Source: an uncultured Pelagibacteraceae bacterium
Lineage (GTDB): Bacteria; Pseudomonadota; Alphaproteobacteria; Pelagibacterales; Pelagibacteraceae
DNA length: 64,000 nucleotides
Direction: 5' to 3'
Assembly: GCA_902612065.1 (NCBI GenBank)
Contig: CACMBY010000007.1
Span: 5,951-69,950, forward strand
Shown: positions 1-10,605 of the stretch, one piece after another
Layout of the letters: each line of letters starts with the position of its first letter
Position numbering within the stretch: the stretch's first letter is position 1
Notes under the pieces: generated by a model
What the model saw: the letters and a program-made list of their open reading frames with translations, nothing else
What the model was told of the DNA's origin: nothing
Databases searched by the model: none
Translations under genes and position numbers: made by a program

Positions 1-287
1 ACAATTTTTGAGCCAAACACTTGACCTATTATTTGATGACCCAAACAAACTCCGAGTATAGGTATTTTTTTATATAAAGATTTTACAATTTTTAGACAAT
101 TACCTGATTGATTTGGATTGCCGGGTCCAGGTGAAATTACGATTTTATGATATCTTTTTTTTAAAATTTCATGAGATGTAATTTGATCATTTCTAATCAC
201 CTCAACATTCACTTTTAATGAAGACAAATAATGATAGAGATTAAAAGTAAAACTATCATAATTATCAATTAAAATAATCTTTTTCAT
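1..287 (-). CDS. trpG: Anthranilate synthase component II / glutamine amidotransferase, 5' part (runs off the window start)
   Basis: Manual translation MKKIILIDNYDSFTFNL...SPGPG...GVCLGHQ; ATG overlaps the trpE stop (ATGA). Confidence 0.9.
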   Translation of the reverse strand, partial: MKKIILIDNYDSFTFNLYHYLSSLKVNVEVIRNDQITSHEILKKRYHKIVISPGPGNPNQSGNCLKIVKSLYKKIPILGVCLGHQIIGQVFGSKI

Positions 288-1744
288 TTCAACGCATTAA
301 TCAAAGCTTTTGCTTTATTTATTGTTTCTTCATATTCGTTTAATGGTTTGCTATCTGCAACAATCCCAGCTCCAGCTTGGACATAAAATCTGTTATTTTT
401 TGCAACAGCTGTTCTTAAAGCAATACATGTATCAAATTCTCCATTAGCTGCGAAATACCCAATGCCACCGGCATAAACTTTCCTTTTTGTAGACTCTAGT
501 TCATCAATAATTTCCATAGCTCTTATTTTGGGAGCTCCAGACACAGTTCCGGCTGGAAAACCCGCTAATAGAGACTTAAATTTAGAAAATCTTTTATCAT
601 GTTTACCTATCACGTTCGAAACTATATGCATTACATGTGAATACCTTTCTATTATAAAACTCTCAGTTACTTTGATGGAATTGGTTTTAGATACCTTTCC
701 AGCATCATTTCTTCCAAGATCTAATAACATAAGATGTTCAGAAAGCTCTTTTTTATCTCTAAGTAAATCTTTCTCATAAAAACGATCTTCTTTAATTGTT
801 TTTCCTCGAGGTCTTGTTCCAGCTATGGGTCTTACAGTTATTTCACCTTCTCTTAACCTTACTAATATTTCAGGACTTGCACCTATTATTTGAAAATCAG
901 TAAAATTAAAAAAAAACATAAATGGAGATGGATTAGTTATTCTCAATTTTTTATAAATATCGATTGGTTTTTTTGTCAATTTAGTCTCAAAACGTTGGCT
1001 TAAAACAACTTGAAATATATCTCCTAATTTAATGTATTTTTTTGCCTTATTAACTATAGATAAAAATTTATTTTTAGAAGTATTTGAATTAATTATAATT
1101 TTTTTTGATTTATCATTTATTTCATTATCTATTTTTTTAATTGATGATTGTAAAGAGAGCGAGAAAAGTTCAGATTGGATATCTTTATATTTATCTTTAT
1201 AATTCATAATTTTTTCATCTTTAAAAATATTATTGATAAAGAATATTTCCTTTTTTAAATTGTCATGAATAATAAGTGTTCTTGGACGTAATAATCTAAC
1301 ATCAGGTAATTTTAGGTCATCTTTACAATTGTTTGGGATTTTTTCGATGTACCTAATTGCATCGTATGAAAAATATCCTGAAATCAAAGAACAGATTTTT
1401 GGTAATTTATTAGGAGTTTTAAACTTAAAATCTTCAATTATTTTTTCAATCAAATATTTAGGTTTATCCTTTAACTTAATTTTCTTATTTTTCTTTATTA
1501 AATAAGAATTATTATTATTAAATTCCCAAATTTTATCAGGATTTTTACCAAATATAGTGTATCTGCCTCTAATCTTACCTTTTTCTACTGACTCAAATAT
1601 AAAGCTATTTTTTTCAGTTAAAAAGTTATCAATTAAATTAATTATTTCTTCATCAGTCTTTACTTTTTTTTTTGTATAGATTATTTGATTTTCCTTGTTT
1701 CTGTGTCGAAACTTGAATTCTTTGAAGCTTCGATTAATTTTCAT
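284..1744 (-). CDS. trpE: Anthranilate synthase component I
   Basis: GDIFQVVLSQ, NPSPFMFF, ASPE, PIAGTRPRG, EHLMLLDLGRND, GAPKIRAM motifs. Confidence 0.95.
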   Translation of the reverse strand: MKINRSFKEFKFRHRNKENQIIYTKKKVKTDEEIINLIDNFLTEKNSFIFESVEKGKIRGRYTIFGKNPDKIWEFNNNNSYLIKKNKKIKLKDKPKYLIEKIIEDFKFKTPNKLPKICSLISGYFSYDAIRYIEKIPNNCKDDLKLPDVRLLRPRTLIIHDNLKKEIFFINNIFKDEKIMNYKDKYKDIQSELFSLSLQSSIKKIDNEINDKSKKIIINSNTSKNKFLSIVNKAKKYIKLGDIFQVVLSQRFETKLTKKPIDIYKKLRITNPSPFMFFFNFTDFQIIGASPEILVRLREGEITVRPIAGTRPRGKTIKEDRFYEKDLLRDKKELSEHLMLLDLGRNDAGKVSKTNSIKVTESFIIERYSHVMHIVSNVIGKHDKRFSKFKSLLAGFPAGTVSGAPKIRAMEIIDELESTKRKVYAGGIGYFAANGEFDTCIALRTAVAKNNRFYVQAGAGIVADSKPLNEYEETINKAKALINALK

Positions 1745-3159
1745 TTAAAATAGTTCTTAACTCGTTCAATAGTTTGTTGATTTAAAGAAACATCATATTT
1801 GTCATTTAAAAATGCATCATAAGATTTTAATAATGAATTTTTGTTGTTAGAATTTTGTTTTGCAATAAATTGTTTAAATTCCTCTTTATTTATATCAATG
1901 ATTTGTTTTTCAAATTTTTTGACTTTTGCTAAGTAAATATTGTTATTTTCGTCATTTATTAAAGTAAATGATTTCTCAGGTAAACTATATAAGACCTCAA
2001 CAGCATTAATATCAAATTTTTTATTATCTCGTACAGAATTCAATTTTATCATTTGAATTTTTTCTTTTCCCAACTCTAAAAAATTATTGTTATTAAATTT
2101 TTTATTAGTTATTTCATTTAACAATTTTTGGTTATAGTCAAATTTATTTTTTTGATAAACTAATTCAAGTATTTCCTGTTTAATTTGGTTATCATTTAAA
2201 TCTGGTTCTCTTTGTGAAATACTTTTGACATGAAAAAGAATATAATCATTGCTAATTTCAAAAATATCAAACTTATTATTTCTTAGTTCAAAAATTTTTT
2301 TTTCAATTTCGTTACTGTCTGATGAAAGTTTAAAGTCTTTGATGTCAATTGATGTTAAATCAAAATTAGATATTATTGTTTCAAAATCAAATTCATTTGA
2401 AATATCAATTTCTATTTGATCAATTTTATCAAAGAATGATTGATTAAACTCATCAATTCCAATTAGATTTTTAGGATTTATTACGGAGTAACTGAAATCA
2501 AGATATTCTACTTTTAATTGATCTTTATTTTCACTAATAAATTTATTTAATTCTTTTTCAGTAATATTTTCTTTTTTTACGTAGAAATCCTTTAAATCAA
2601 TAAATTCTATCTCAAGTTTCTGACTTTCTTCTTCATAAAGTTTATTTATCAAAAATTGTGGAGATGTCGTACCGGCACCGATATAATCAAAAAGATTTTT
2701 TTGTAGTTCTCTCGTTTTTAACCTTTGTTCAAAACTTGGTGCAGACAAATTATTTTCTAATAAAAATTTTTCATATTTAATTCTTTGAAAAACACCATTT
2801 TCATCTCGAAAATTTTTATTTTCTTTTATTTTCTTCAATAAGGTAAGTTCAGAAATACTTAACTCAAAATCTTTAATTTCTAGATCAAGCAATGTTGTAG
2901 AAACTAAACCAGAGAGAAGTTCCTCGATTATATTTTGGTCTAAGTTATCTCTAATTGTTTTTTCAGGAATTCCAGAACTATTTAGGTAATCAATGAATTC
3001 CTCAGTAGAGATACTTTTGTCATTAATCTTCACAACATTGTTTGTATTTCCGCTGCTAAACATCCCCCCCATTCCCCAAAAAACAAATGGCAAGATAATT
3101 ATACCAACAAAAACACCAGCAAGTTTTGTTTTTGCAAAATTTCTTAAACTACTAATCAT
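1741..3159 (-). CDS. ppiD: PpiD-like periplasmic chaperone (SurA N-terminal domain)
   Basis: N-terminal TM (FVFWG), SurA_N-like region; conserved tpiA/ppiD/trpE neighbourhood. Confidence 0.8.
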   Translation of the reverse strand: MISSLRNFAKTKLAGVFVGIIILPFVFWGMGGMFSSGNTNNVVKINDKSISTEEFIDYLNSSGIPEKTIRDNLDQNIIEELLSGLVSTTLLDLEIKDFELSISELTLLKKIKENKNFRDENGVFQRIKYEKFLLENNLSAPSFEQRLKTRELQKNLFDYIGAGTTSPQFLINKLYEEESQKLEIEFIDLKDFYVKKENITEKELNKFISENKDQLKVEYLDFSYSVINPKNLIGIDEFNQSFFDKIDQIEIDISNEFDFETIISNFDLTSIDIKDFKLSSDSNEIEKKIFELRNNKFDIFEISNDYILFHVKSISQREPDLNDNQIKQEILELVYQKNKFDYNQKLLNEITNKKFNNNNFLELGKEKIQMIKLNSVRDNKKFDINAVEVLYSLPEKSFTLINDENNNIYLAKVKKFEKQIIDINKEEFKQFIAKQNSNNKNSLLKSYDAFLNDKYDVSLNQQTIERVKNYFK

Positions 3160-3213
3160 TATTATAAATTTATTGATCTATAAAAAGCAAACCTATAAAT
3201 TAAAATACGTCTC

Positions 3214-3951
3214 ATGACAAATAAATATATGTATTTTATTGCAAATTGGAAAATGTTTGGTGTTTTAAATTCCTTAAATTCACTGAATAAAGTCGTTAAA
3301 TTTTTTAAGAACTTTAAAAAAAGAAAATCTTTGAAAATAATTTACTGCCCACCAAGTACCTTGATAGGAGCAATGTCAAAAAAATTGAGGGGACTTAATA
3401 TTGAAGTTGGTGCCCAAAATTGTCATGAGCAGGATGTTTATGGCCCTTTTACAGGTTCAGTCAATTCTTCAATGTTAAAGAGTGTCGGTGCTAAATATAT
3501 TATTATTGGCCACTCCGAAAATAGACAGGCGGGTGAAACAGATAAATTAATAAATCAAAAAATTAAAAGTGTATTAAAGTCTGGATTGAAGGTAATTTTT
3601 TGTATTGGTGAGACGCTTAAAGCAAAAAGAAAAAAAATTACTAAAAGTGTTTTAAATAAACAGATAAAAGTAGGTTTAAAAAATATTAAAAACAACAAAA
3701 AAATTATTATTGCGTATGAACCAGTTTGGTCAATTGGTACAGGGATTATACCAAAATCTGATGACTTATTTAAAACAATTAGTTTTATTAAAAAACAAAA
3801 AAAGAATTTCAAAGTTCTTTATGGTGGATCAGTAAATCCGAAAAATATTAATCAATTAAAATCTATAAATAATATTGATGGTTACCTGATAGGTGGAGCA
3901 TCTCAAGATCCAAAAAAATTTATTGATATAATTAAAAAAACATATAATTAA
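3214..3951 (+). CDS. tpiA: Triosephosphate isomerase
   Basis: NWKM, GHSE, AYEPVWSIGTG, LYGGSV motifs. Confidence 0.95.
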   Translation: MTNKYMYFIANWKMFGVLNSLNSLNKVVKFFKNFKKRKSLKIIYCPPSTLIGAMSKKLRGLNIEVGAQNCHEQDVYGPFTGSVNSSMLKSVGAKYIIIGHSENRQAGETDKLINQKIKSVLKSGLKVIFCIGETLKAKRKKITKSVLNKQIKVGLKNIKNNKKIIIAYEPVWSIGTGIIPKSDDLFKTISFIKKQKKNFKVLYGGSVNPKNINQLKSINNIDGYLIGGASQDPKKFIDIIKKTYN

Positions 3952-3956
3952 CCCAC

Positions 3957-4259
3957 ATGGAAAATATATTGTTAATTTTGAACATCATTTTTGGGTTAAT
4001 ATTAGTGTTACTGGTTTTGATGCAAAAGTCTGAAGGTGGTGCTTTAGGAATAGGAGTTTCTCAGGAAAGTTTTATGTTTTCCAGATCAGCAGGTAATTTT
4101 ATGACGAAAGCAACAGCTGTTGTTGCTACTTTATTTATAATTTGTAGTTTAGCACTTACAATTGTGTCTAGAGGTGAATTAACACCTACATCATCTGTTT
4201 TAGATACTATTGAGGAAAAAACAGAGGATACTCCTGCTATTCCAGAAAATAATAATTAA
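3957..4259 (+). CDS. secG: Preprotein translocase subunit SecG
   Basis: Two TM segments, LMQKSEGGALG; tpiA-secG-pyrG order. Confidence 0.9.
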   Translation: MENILLILNIIFGLILVLLVLMQKSEGGALGIGVSQESFMFSRSAGNFMTKATAVVATLFIICSLALTIVSRGELTPTSSVLDTIEEKTEDTPAIPENNN

Positions 4260-4299
4260 TACTTTAAATTTTCATTTTTATTCGCTATAAGATACTTCC

Positions 4300-5916
4300 A
4301 TGGCGCGATTTATTTTTGTCACGGGCGGCGTGGTTTCATCATTAGGAAAAGGTCTCTCTTCAGCATCTTTAGCTTATTTACTTCAATCGAGAGGTTATAA
4401 AGTGAGATTGAGAAAATTAGATCCTTATTTAAATGTAGATCCTGGCACAATGAGCCCATTTCAGCACGGAGAGGTTTTTGTAACTGATGATGGTGCTGAA
4501 ACAGATTTAGATCTTGGACATTATGAAAGATTTACTGGAGTTTCTGCAAAGAAGTCAGATAATATTACAACAGGTAAAATTTATAGTGATGTGTTAAAAA
4601 AAGAACGTGAAGGAAAATATCTTGGGAAAACAGTTCAAGTTATTCCACATATAACTGATAGAATTAAAGAATTTATAAAAAATGACTCATCAAAAGAAGA
4701 TTTCGTTATTTGTGAAATTGGAGGAATTGTTGGTGATATTGAGAGCCTTCCGTTTATTGAGGCTATAAGACAATTTGCAAACGATATAGGAAAAAAAAAT
4801 GCACTATTTGTGCATCTTACCCTAGTACCTTATTTAAAGTCCTCTGATGAAATTAAAACTAAACCTACCCAACATTCTGTAAAAGAATTAAGGAGTATAG
4901 GTGTTCAACCTGACATAATAATTTGTAGATCAGAAAGACCTATCCCGTTAGAGCATCGTAAAAAAATCTCACTTTTCTGCAACGTAGATATTAAAAATGT
5001 AATAGAAACTGTTGATGTTAGAACAATTTATGAAGCACCAATAAGTTTTTTTAAAGAAAAACTTGATGTTCAAGTATTAAATTATTTTAAGCTTAAATCA
5101 AAAAGACCTGTAAATCTTAAACCCTGGAAAAAAATTACTAAAACTATTTTACAAACTAAAAAACAGGTTAATATTGCAATAATTGGTAAATACGTTGAGT
5201 TAAAAGATGCCTATAAATCTTTAGATGAAGCTCTTACTCATGGAGGAATTCAAAATAATTTAAAGGTAAATTTAGTACGAATTGACTCTGAAAAACTAAA
5301 AGTTTCCGAGATTAAATCAAAACTTAAACACATTTCAGGCATATTAATACCTGGTGGTTTTGGTAAACGAGGAACAACTGGAAAAATAGAGTCAATAAAA
5401 TATGCTAGAAAAAATAAAGTTCCTTTTCTTGGTATATGTTATGGAATGCAAATGGCAATAATAGAATTTGCGAGAAATCAATTAAATATAAAAAAAGCAA
5501 CTTCAAGTGAATTTGATAGAAATGGTATACCTGTAATTGGATTAATTAATGAGTGGATTAAAGATGGAAAAACCATCAAAGGGACTGATAAAAATTTAGG
5601 CGGAACGATGAGATTAGGTTCTTACGATGCAAAATTAAAAGATAATTCCAAAATTAAAAAAATTTATGGAAAAAAAATTATTAAAGAAAGACACCGACAT
5701 AGATATGAAGTTAACATCAATCTAAAAGACAAATTTGAAAAAAAAGGAATGATTTTTTCTGGTTTATCGCCTGATGGTTTTTTACCTGAGATAATTGAAT
5801 TAAAAAATCATCCTTGGTTTATTGGAGTACAGTTTCATCCAGAATTTAAATCTAGACCTTTTGCTACACATCCTTTATTCTCATCTTTTATCAAAGCATC
5901 AAAAAATCATAAATGA
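4300..5916 (+). CDS. pyrG: CTP synthase
   Basis: GGVVSSLGKG, DPYLNVDPGTMSP, GICYGMQ, QFHPE. Confidence 0.97.
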   Translation: MARFIFVTGGVVSSLGKGLSSASLAYLLQSRGYKVRLRKLDPYLNVDPGTMSPFQHGEVFVTDDGAETDLDLGHYERFTGVSAKKSDNITTGKIYSDVLKKEREGKYLGKTVQVIPHITDRIKEFIKNDSSKEDFVICEIGGIVGDIESLPFIEAIRQFANDIGKKNALFVHLTLVPYLKSSDEIKTKPTQHSVKELRSIGVQPDIIICRSERPIPLEHRKKISLFCNVDIKNVIETVDVRTIYEAPISFFKEKLDVQVLNYFKLKSKRPVNLKPWKKITKTILQTKKQVNIAIIGKYVELKDAYKSLDEALTHGGIQNNLKVNLVRIDSEKLKVSEIKSKLKHISGILIPGGFGKRGTTGKIESIKYARKNKVPFLGICYGMQMAIIEFARNQLNIKKATSSEFDRNGIPVIGLINEWIKDGKTIKGTDKNLGGTMRLGSYDAKLKDNSKIKKIYGKKIIKERHRHRYEVNINLKDKFEKKGMIFSGLSPDGFLPEIIELKNHPWFIGVQFHPEFKSRPFATHPLFSSFIKASKNHK

Positions 5917-6737
5917 GTAGTATTAAAGTAAATTGTGCAAATATAGACATCTCGAACAATGATAAGATTTGTATAATTTCTGGACCTTGCCAGCTTGAAA
6001 GTGAACAACATGCAATGGATATGGCAGGAAATATTAAGGAAATTACTTCAAAATTTGGCCTTGGGTTTATTTACAAAACTTCATTTGATAAAGCGAACAG
6101 AACAAGCTTAAAAGGCAAAAGGGGAGCTGGATTAGAAGCCTCCTTACCTGTATTTGATAAGATCAAAAAAGAGTTGAATGTTCCTATTCTAACAGACATT
6201 CATAATGCTGAGCAATGTGCAATTGTTTCAAAACATGTTGATGTTTTACAAATTCCAGCTTTTTTATGCAGACAAACAGATTTGTTAATTGCTGCAGCTA
6301 AAACAAATAAAATTATTAATGTAAAAAAAGGTCAATTTCTTGCACCATGGGATATGGTTAATGTTACAAAGAAAATTTCAGACTCTGGAAATAATAAAAT
6401 ATTAGTAACTGAAAGAGGTGCAAGTTTCGGATACAACACTTTAGTTTCTGACATGAGGTCGTTACCAATAATGGCTAAGAATGGTTATCCCGTAATTTTT
6501 GATGCAACACATTCAGTACAACAACCAGGTGGTCTTGGAGAAAAAAGTGGTGGACAACGAGAGTTTGTTGAGTATTTAGCAAGAGCCGCTGTTGCAGTTG
6601 GAGTTGCAGGAGTTTTTATTGAAACCCATCAAGATCCAGACAATGCTCCATCCGATGGGCCTAATATGGTACCATTAGACAAATTAGAAGATCTCCTAAA
6701 ACAATTAAGCGATATAGATAATCTTATTAAAAATTAA
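5913..6737 (+). CDS. kdsA: KDO 8-phosphate synthase
   Basis: FDKANRTS, QIPAFLCRQT, DATHSVQ. Confidence 0.95.
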   Translation: MSSIKVNCANIDISNNDKICIISGPCQLESEQHAMDMAGNIKEITSKFGLGFIYKTSFDKANRTSLKGKRGAGLEASLPVFDKIKKELNVPILTDIHNAEQCAIVSKHVDVLQIPAFLCRQTDLLIAAAKTNKIINVKKGQFLAPWDMVNVTKKISDSGNNKILVTERGASFGYNTLVSDMRSLPIMAKNGYPVIFDATHSVQQPGGLGEKSGGQREFVEYLARAAVAVGVAGVFIETHQDPDNAPSDGPNMVPLDKLEDLLKQLSDIDNLIKN

Positions 6738-7994
6738 GTGAGTAAAATTCTAAAAGTTAAAGCAAGACAAATTTTTGATAGTAGAGGAAATCCAACTATT
6801 GAAGCAGAGGTTTATGTTAAAAACAAAAGTGCCAAAGCAATATGTCCCTCAGGAGCTTCTACAGGTACTTATGAAGCCTATGAAAAAAGAGATATGAACA
6901 ATAAAAGATATTTAGGTAAAAGTGTATTCTCAGCAATAAATTTAATTAATTCTAAAATATCTAAAGCTTTAAGAAATAAAAATATACATGATCAAGAAAG
7001 AATAGACGAAATACTTATTAATTTAGATGGGACTAAGCAAAAGACAAAACTAGGAGCTAATGCAATATTATCAGTCTCGATGGCTGCAAAAAAATTATCA
7101 GCTAAAGTAAAAAGAATTCCTCTTTATAAATCTTTTTATGCATCAAAAAATTTTCAATTACCTTATCCATTAATGAATATTATTAATGGCGGAGCACACG
7201 CTAATAATGGTCTTAGAATTCAAGAATTTATGATTAGACCAGATAAAGCAAAATCCTTTTCTGAAGCAATGAGAATATGTTATGTAGTAATAAAAAACTT
7301 AAGTAAATTAATTAAAGCAAAAGGTTTAGCCACATCAGTTGGTGATGAAGGTGGATTTGCACCAATGATTAATAGCAACAATCAGGCCTTAGATTTGATT
7401 GTTTTATCAATCAAAAAATCAGGATTTATAAATGGTAAAGATGTTTCAATTTGTTTGGATGTTGCAGCTAATGAATTATTTAAAAAAGGTAAATATTCTA
7501 TTCACTCAAAAAAATATGTTTCTGTTGATAAAACAATTTCAGAATATAAAAAAATGATCAATAAATATAAAATTAAATCGATTGAAGATCCATTTTCTGA
7601 AAATGATTGGATGTCATGGAGTAAATTAATGAGATCTACTAAAAAAGTGCAGATAGTTGGAGATGATCTTTATGTTACAAATTTGGAAAGGTTAAAAAAG
7701 GGATTTTTAAATGTTTCATCAAACTCAATTTTGATAAAACTAAATCAAATTGGTACAGTTACCGAAACACTTGATGTCATAAGATTTGCTCAAACTATTG
7801 GGTTTAATACTATTATTTCACATCGATCAGGAGATAGTGAAGATACATTTATAGCTGATTTAGCAGTAGGTACCAATTCCAACCAAATAAAAACTGGATC
7901 TTTAGCTAGATCTGAAAGAGTGGCTAAATATAATCAATTAATTCGTATAGAAGAAAAACTTGGAAAAAAAGCTAGAATGAATAAGATTCATTAA
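6738..7994 (+). CDS. eno: Enolase (GTG start)
   Basis: DSRGNPT, PSGASTG, GDEGG, SHRSG, RSERVAKYN. Confidence 0.95.
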   Translation: MSKILKVKARQIFDSRGNPTIEAEVYVKNKSAKAICPSGASTGTYEAYEKRDMNNKRYLGKSVFSAINLINSKISKALRNKNIHDQERIDEILINLDGTKQKTKLGANAILSVSMAAKKLSAKVKRIPLYKSFYASKNFQLPYPLMNIINGGAHANNGLRIQEFMIRPDKAKSFSEAMRICYVVIKNLSKLIKAKGLATSVGDEGGFAPMINSNNQALDLIVLSIKKSGFINGKDVSICLDVAANELFKKGKYSIHSKKYVSVDKTISEYKKMINKYKIKSIEDPFSENDWMSWSKLMRSTKKVQIVGDDLYVTNLERLKKGFLNVSSNSILIKLNQIGTVTETLDVIRFAQTIGFNTIISHRSGDSEDTFIADLAVGTNSNQIKTGSLARSERVAKYNQLIRIEEKLGKKARMNKIH

Positions 7995-8296
7995 TGCTTC
8001 AAAGATTAAAAAAAAATTACCTTTTATTACTTTCAACTTTTCTGATTCTTTATTTCTTTTTTAATCTTTTATCTGGTCAAAGAGGGTTAATTTCATATTT
8101 TGAAAAAAAAGAGATTTTAAAAAACTTAAAACAACAAGAATCTTTAATAATTAACCAAATAAGTGACTTGGAATTTAAGAATTCATTGTTAAGTGACAAT
8201 CTTGATCTTGATTATATAGAATCTTTGATTAGAGAAAGGTTCATATTTGGAAAAAAAAATGAAAAAATTTATATAATTAAAAAAAATGAAAATTAG
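7994..8296 (+). CDS. ftsB: Septum formation initiator FtsB/DivIC family
   Basis: TM + G..GL + coiled coil + DLDYIE..IRE; follows eno. Confidence 0.8.
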   Translation: MLQRLKKNYLLLLSTFLILYFFFNLLSGQRGLISYFEKKEILKNLKQQESLIINQISDLEFKNSLLSDNLDLDYIESLIRERFIFGKKNEKIYIIKKNEN

Positions 8297-9206
8297 ACAC
8301 CCAGAAAAGCAGAATAAACCAATAAATCCAATTAAAAAAAAACCAGATTGGATAAGATCAAAATTAGTAAATAGCAAAGAATTTTTTTTAACAAAAACAA
8401 TTGTAAATAAAAATAATCTCGTAACAGTTTGTCAGGAAGCTAATTGCCCAAATATCACTGAATGTTGGAGCAAAAGACATGCTACGTTTATGATTATGGG
8501 TGACACATGTACAAGAGCGTGTGCTTTTTGCGATGTAAAAACTGGTAAACCAGGAAAACTAGATAATCTTGAACCAATAAAAATTTCTCAGGCTGTAAAA
8601 AAATTAAATTTAAAACATGTTGTAATAACATCGGTTGATCGAGATGACTTAGATGATGGTGGTTCAAATCATTTTTTTGAAGTTATTAATCAAACAAGAA
8701 AAACAAATCCAAATACTACAATTGAAGTTTTAACCCCTGATTTTTTAAGAAAGGGTGATGCTTATAAAAAAGTTTTAGAGGCAAATCCTGATGTTTTTAA
8801 TCATAATATTGAAACTGTTCCTAGTCTTTATCTTAAAGTTAGACCCGGTTCTAGATATTTCGCATCTTTAGAACTTTTGAAAAATGCTAAAATGATAAAT
8901 AAGAAAATTTTTACTAAATCAGGGATAATGGTTGGCTTAGGTGAAAAAAAAGATGAAATTTTGCAGGTAATGGATGATTTAAAAGCTGCAGATGTAGATT
9001 TTTTAACTATTGGCCAATATTTACAACCATCTGTTAGACATCATCCTCTTGATAGATACTACACACCAGAGGAATTTGATGAATTAGGAAGTATTGCGAA
9101 ATCAAAAGGTTTTTTATTAGTTTCGTCATCGCCATTAACAAGATCTTCTTATCATGCCGATGAAGATTTTGCTAAACTACAACAAAATCGGATTAACAAT
9201 CATTAA
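8286..9206 (+). CDS. lipA: Lipoyl synthase
   Basis: [26 protein letters not shown]. Confidence 0.97.
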   Translation: MKIRHPEKQNKPINPIKKKPDWIRSKLVNSKEFFLTKTIVNKNNLVTVCQEANCPNITECWSKRHATFMIMGDTCTRACAFCDVKTGKPGKLDNLEPIKISQAVKKLNLKHVVITSVDRDDLDDGGSNHFFEVINQTRKTNPNTTIEVLTPDFLRKGDAYKKVLEANPDVFNHNIETVPSLYLKVRPGSRYFASLELLKNAKMINKKIFTKSGIMVGLGEKKDEILQVMDDLKAADVDFLTIGQYLQPSVRHHPLDRYYTPEEFDELGSIAKSKGFLLVSSSPLTRSSYHADEDFAKLQQNRINNH

Positions 9207-9664
9207 TGCCAAAAGCTTCAGTTAAGCGATTAATTGAATGTGAAAAAAAAGACTTAATTGAACTTGTTTTAGATATAGAAAAATATCCTGAATTTGTTCC
9301 ATTTTGTTTTGATGCGAAAATATATGAAAACAAAAAAGATGGTGATTTACAAAAAATTATTGCTGATTTAACTATCGGTAAAGGACCATTTAAAGATACA
9401 TACAAAAGTGATGTTGCCTTTAATAAAAAAACTGATTCAATCTATGTAAAAAACATAGAGGGACCATTAAATCATCTAACAAATAATTGGACTTTTACTG
9501 ATAAAAATAATGGTATTACTGAAATCACCTTTGATATTGATTTTGAAATAAAGAATAAATTTTTAAATTCTTTAATGGTAGTCTCTTTTCAATTTGGTTT
9601 AGAAAAAATAGCTGATGCTTTTCAAAAAAGAGCTGAAGAATTATTTGGAAATTCTAAGAATTAA
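9206..9664 (+). CDS. ratA: RatA/PasT (Coq10-like START domain) protein
   Basis: DIEKYPEFVPFC, GP..HL.N.W.F; follows lipA. Confidence 0.85.
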   Translation: MPKASVKRLIECEKKDLIELVLDIEKYPEFVPFCFDAKIYENKKDGDLQKIIADLTIGKGPFKDTYKSDVAFNKKTDSIYVKNIEGPLNHLTNNWTFTDKNNGITEITFDIDFEIKNKFLNSLMVVSFQFGLEKIADAFQKRAEELFGNSKN

Positions 9665-10102
9665 ATCTAAGGTTTTTTTAACAGTTGCTTTTTGAATTGA
9701 AGATCTTTTTTTATTTTTAAATAAACACTTATTAATCTGTACTTTTTTGCCTTTTTTTATACCAATATAAACTAGACCTACTGGCTTTTGTTTGGTGCCA
9801 CCTTTGGGGCCAGCGATTCCAGTTATAGAAACGTTAATATTGGCTTTTGATATTTTAGATAAGTTATTTACCATTGCCAAACAACATTGTTGGCTAACTG
9901 CACCATAATTTTTAATAATATTTTTATTAACTTTGAGAATTCTAATTTTAGCTTGGTTAGAGTAGGTGACCAATCCTAAATTAAATACTTTTGAAGCACC
10001 ACTTATTGAAGTAATTGAACCAGCCAATAATCCTCCAGTACAAGACTCAGCAACAGAAAGTTTTAATTTTTTTTTGGTTAAAAGCCTGACTAAATTTTTC
10101 AT
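9641..10102 (-). CDS. cinA: CinA/PncC nicotinamide-nucleotide amidase
   Basis: AESCTGG, GAVS, SITGIAGP.GG motifs; probable start 10102 overlapping the pgpA stop (track start 10135 is likely too long). Confidence 0.88.
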   Translation of the reverse strand: MKNLVRLLTKKKLKLSVAESCTGGLLAGSITSISGASKVFNLGLVTYSNQAKIRILKVNKNIIKNYGAVSQQCCLAMVNNLSKISKANINVSITGIAGPKGGTKQKPVGLVYIGIKKGKKVQINKCLFKNKKRSSIQKATVKKTLDLILRISK

Positions 10103-10605
10103 TAAATTAAATAACTGCTTAATAACATAAAACAAATTAATGATAGAACAACATATAATCCTGCAAAAACATCGTCCATTATTACACCGAAACTATTTTT
10201 ATAATTTTTGTCAAAATAATTTACTGGAAATGGTTTTAGAATGTCAAAAAATCTAAAAAGTACAAAGCAAATTCCATAAAAAATTATAGCTTCATCAGAT
10301 GTTTTTTGTGTTCCATGAGATATTTCGTAGAGATAAATTGGTATAGATTGACCTATAAATTCGTCGATAATGACCTCTTTTGGATCTTTATTTTCTTTCT
10401 CTTTTATATGGGATGCTATTGCTATGAATGAATAAATAAAAATAATAAGCAAACCTATTAAGACTATATTTGGTGATAATTTTAATATATGAAAAAAAAA
10501 ATAAAGAAAAATAGTTGTAGCTAAGGATCCGAAAGTTCCAGGAATAATCTTAATTTTTCCTAGCCCAAACATTGTTGCTAATAATGAATTAAAAGTTTTA
10601 ATCAT
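10102..10605 (-). CDS. pgpA: Phosphatidylglycerophosphatase A
   Basis: PGTFGS, DP.EVIIDE, FRFFDILKP, GVIMDD. Confidence 0.92.
   Translation of the reverse strand: MIKTFNSLLATMFGLGKIKIIPGTFGSLATTIFLYFFFHILKLSPNIVLIGLLIIFIYSFIAIASHIKEKENKDPKEVIIDEFIGQSIPIYLYEISHGTQKTSDEAIIFYGICFVLFRFFDILKPFPVNYFDKNYKNSFGVIMDDVFAGLYVVLSLICFMLLSSYLI

Noticed and set aside
9206-9664. RatA as a toxin-antitoxin system
   Set aside because: No RatB/PasI partner; the conserved lipA-linked position fits the Coq10-like housekeeping role.
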